Shown here: positions 55,201-64,000 of the stretch, one piece after another
Position numbering within the stretch: position 1 is the first letter of the stretch
Layout: each line of letters begins with the position of its first letter
Translations under genes and position numbers: made by a program
The notes under the pieces: model-generated
What the model was told of the DNA's origin: nothing
Database searches by the model: none
Seen by the model: the letters and a program-made list of their open reading frames with translations, nothing else
NCBI GenBank assembly: GCA_002269645.1
Contig: NIVC01003482.1
Location: forward strand, 31,920-95,919
Length of the DNA: 64,000 nucleotides
Direction of reading: 5' to 3'
Origin: Macrostomum lignano
Taxonomy: Eukaryota

Positions 55201-55970
55201 ATTACATCTTTTTCGATACATATCGGTAACAACTATTTCGGCATTAGATTGTACTTTCGATACATATCGGCACCAGCAAGTTTAGGCAATTATATTGTGT
55301 TTTCGATACATATCGGCACCAGCTAGTTTAGGCAATCAAACTGTGTTTTCGATACATATCGGCACCAGCTAGTCTAGGCAATTAGATTGTGTTTTCGATA
55401 CATACCGGTAGATTATATTTTCGATACATATCAGTACCCGCTACTTTAAAAAAATTATTTTGTGTTTTCGATACATATCGGTTCTAGCTGAAGTAAATCA
55501 GAGCAAATGCGCACCTGAAAGTATTCTTCGTTGGTCTCCCGACCTCCTCTGTCACGAATCAGTTGAGCCACTGCCGCCAACACCGCCAGCGCGCTACGCC
55601 TGGCCTCGGAATTCTGTCGATCAGCCCAGTGCGTGAGCACCTTCTCAAAGCACTGATTAGTGCAACCAGTGAAATTCGTTGCCCAAGTCTCCACCGATTC
55701 AACCGACGACTCATCATCGTCATTATCGATCGGTTCTTCTTGTATTTGATCTTTACCGTCTATTAGCTTATTATGCCGCTCCAAGGCCGCCTTTGTAATG
55801 CCGCCGCCCTGTGTGGGCAGGTCTGGGGCGAACTGTACAACTCGAGCTCGGTTTACAGCGCTAGCAGCCTCGCGAAATCTTTGACACCTGGGATTTGACG
55901 AACTGCTCTGGCCCTTCTTCCAGCGAACTCCGGTGCGTAGAGTTTTACGCGCGCTGCGCGACACTTTCAT
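49255..55970 (-). CDS. RRP12: RRP12-like ribosome biogenesis HEAT-repeat protein; complement(join(49255..50263,51052..51710,52946..54667,54852..55154,55515..55970)), ~1382 aa
   Basis: N-terminal RWKKGQSSSSNP, RPRIRKAA, WRRSWLLPML, QVWQSLPAFC, KNYVPRLF, LEKKGYR and C-terminal DPYSYLSL; all introns are GT-AG and phase-consistent. Confidence 0.9.
50606..50920 (+). mobile_element. tRNA-derived SINE in RRP12 intron 4
   Basis: B box gagttcgattctcg, core gtcctagagcaagacacttaac, body shared with the other two copies. Confidence 0.85.
51790..52917. repeat. 12-bp minisatellite (aatatctgactc) in RRP12 intron 3
   Basis: About 94 copies. Confidence 0.97.
54680..54790. repeat. (TAG)n microsatellite in RRP12 intron 2
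   Basis: Direct inspection. Confidence 0.9.
55205..55485. repeat. ~46-bp degenerate minisatellite (ttttcgatacatatcggcaccagc...) in RRP12 intron 1
   Basis: About 6-7 recurrences of ttcgatacatatcgg. Confidence 0.8.
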
Positions 55971-56333
55971 TGCAGGCAATTAAAAATCACTTCTATTTGA
56001 TATTTTAGTGAAGCTCAGCTACTTGTAGTAGAAATAATTGCGTTTTAGCATGAAAAAATACATAGTTGGGAAAATTTATTAGGTCGTAAAATCCGATAAG
56101 ATCTCTAAAGAAAATCTGCATAAATACGAAGGATGCCCTGTGCCCCGGTGGTTGGCCCCCATGGGTTGTGAAGACTCGAGGAACAAGAGAGACTATTGAC
56201 ACCTTCTAGTCTCTATAGCTAACACACAGACTAAGCTGACTTAACTTAAAAAAAACTGGCACAAAAATGCAAAAAACACTGCAGTCACTTTGTTATATAT
56301 TGCTCCTAAATATGTATATATATGTAACATATG

Positions 56334-56372
<39 letters not shown>

Positions 56373-57763
56373 TTTTTGAATTACGCAATTACTATTAATA
56401 ATTAATAAAACAATAACTTTGGGATTTTGTCCGCAAACACGAGTCCCAGCAATAGAAATATATTGATACGCCAAGTTATTCAGACATTCATTCATTACTG
56501 GGTAATAATATGATTATTTGCTATCAGTACGAGTGTATTAATACACAGTAAAAACTTGGCAAAAATGGAGTCGAACGTTTCTATATAAAAAAATTATTAA
56601 GCAAGCAAACAAATTTAAAATTAAACGCGATTTAAAATCCAACGTAAGGCCTGTTAGGGTTTTCAAATTTTAAGCAGATCCGATGCTGTTATATCACAGG
56701 TGCAGGCGGCAGACTGTTGGGACTTAAAATTGCTGTATTCGATAAAACAAAAAGACACATTATTTTTGAAAAAAAACGAAATTTCCACTGTAGTCTGTTA
56801 AAGCTGCTGCATAATTAATTAGTTGAATCAAAATTATTAATAATAATAATTATGATATTTGCTACAAACAGAAATACGAAACGTTTAAAACATCGTAGTT
56901 GCAATGGAAGTTAAGAAGTGAAATTTTAATTATTTGAATAACATATACAGGTGCATAGAAATTAATATAATGTTATAAATAATATCTATACTGGAAGAAG
57001 TTGGGCTGCATCGCATCGTTAACGCTCTCTACTAAGCTAAATCAATACGATAAAAGGCATTCATATTGATTACAGTTGACACAATTAGAACTAAGTATCC
57101 ATAGGAATGCATTATTTTATCATATAGATTATTAATAAACCGTTGTTAGTAATATTGTACGCATTCATTACGGCCTTACATAGAAACGTGAAAATAAAAA
57201 AATAGATTATAATATTTTCTCGACACTTCAAGCAAGATAAAACAGGTGATAAAAACAAAAAAAAATCGAAAGTTTTAACAAACTTGATTCTCTTTTTCTA
57301 AGAATATACGATTTTATTAAATTAATTAGTGAAAATTAAAGTGAAACTAAGTCTAAATATCATATTTATTTATGCAAGATTAAGCACAAGAGGCACTAAA
57401 GTTCCTACCGTAAAACCGATTAAAAGATACAGGTTATTTGTTAAAGCAAAGCATTAAATAATAATAATAATAGCAATGAATGGCACAGCCCTGTACAGAC
57501 AAAATCTAATGTACGCTCCACAGTTCCTGGAAATATTGTATTTGGCAAGTAAATTTCAAACTTGTTTTACTGCCAACTATCATCTTAACATTCGTAAGGC
57601 ATGGACAAATCATTTATTAGGCACTTAGGCACTAAAACATTACATTTTTTGATCGATCATAACCCGCATCAAATGTTTAAAGCAAACACATATTATATAC
57701 TTATTTATACTTTGGTTGGCGTCTGTATAATTACTTTGTGCTGCACTAATTAGAGTAGCGAGT

Positions 57764-63944
<6,181 letters not shown>

Positions 63945-64000
63945 CTGCGGTATGGTTCAAGATTGTGTGCGACACAGGTGAGTAAAATGGCATTTGTTTT

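Noticed and set aside
63970-63985. Perfect + strand donor cag|gtgagt at the window end
   Set aside because: An isolated motif antisense to PKN with no supporting exon

Overview
Eukaryotic (animal) DNA with GC-rich exons, AT-rich intergenic DNA and large tandem repeats in most introns. This style resembles the flatworm Macrostomum, which is an inference only. Hand-splicing at GT-AG sites gives five clear genes. On +: a 5-HT2-like aminergic GPCR (2 exons, 11.45-kb intron). On -: class I PI3K catalytic subunit (8 exons), TBC1D19 (2), RRP12 (5) and a 5'-partial PKN kinase with a 1-nt frameshift. There is also a less certain Shisa-like single-pass membrane protein exon. Mobile DNA includes a decayed mariner with a SINE inside its terminal repeat, three copies of a tRNA-derived SINE, a hAT-like MITE and about 25 micro/minisatellite arrays. 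Most long ORFs in the supplied track are repeat artefacts. The most striking structure is at 6533-14110: a head-to-tail array of 4.7 apparently identical 1621-bp units. Each unit carries a type I hammerhead ribozyme behind CCAAT/TATA boxes (a Penelope pLTR/retrozyme signature), and each full unit has a 432-codon ORF lying between two cleavage sites. The array is bracketed by a duplication of (ATCT)n plus the 881 bp directly upstream of the GPCR start codon.
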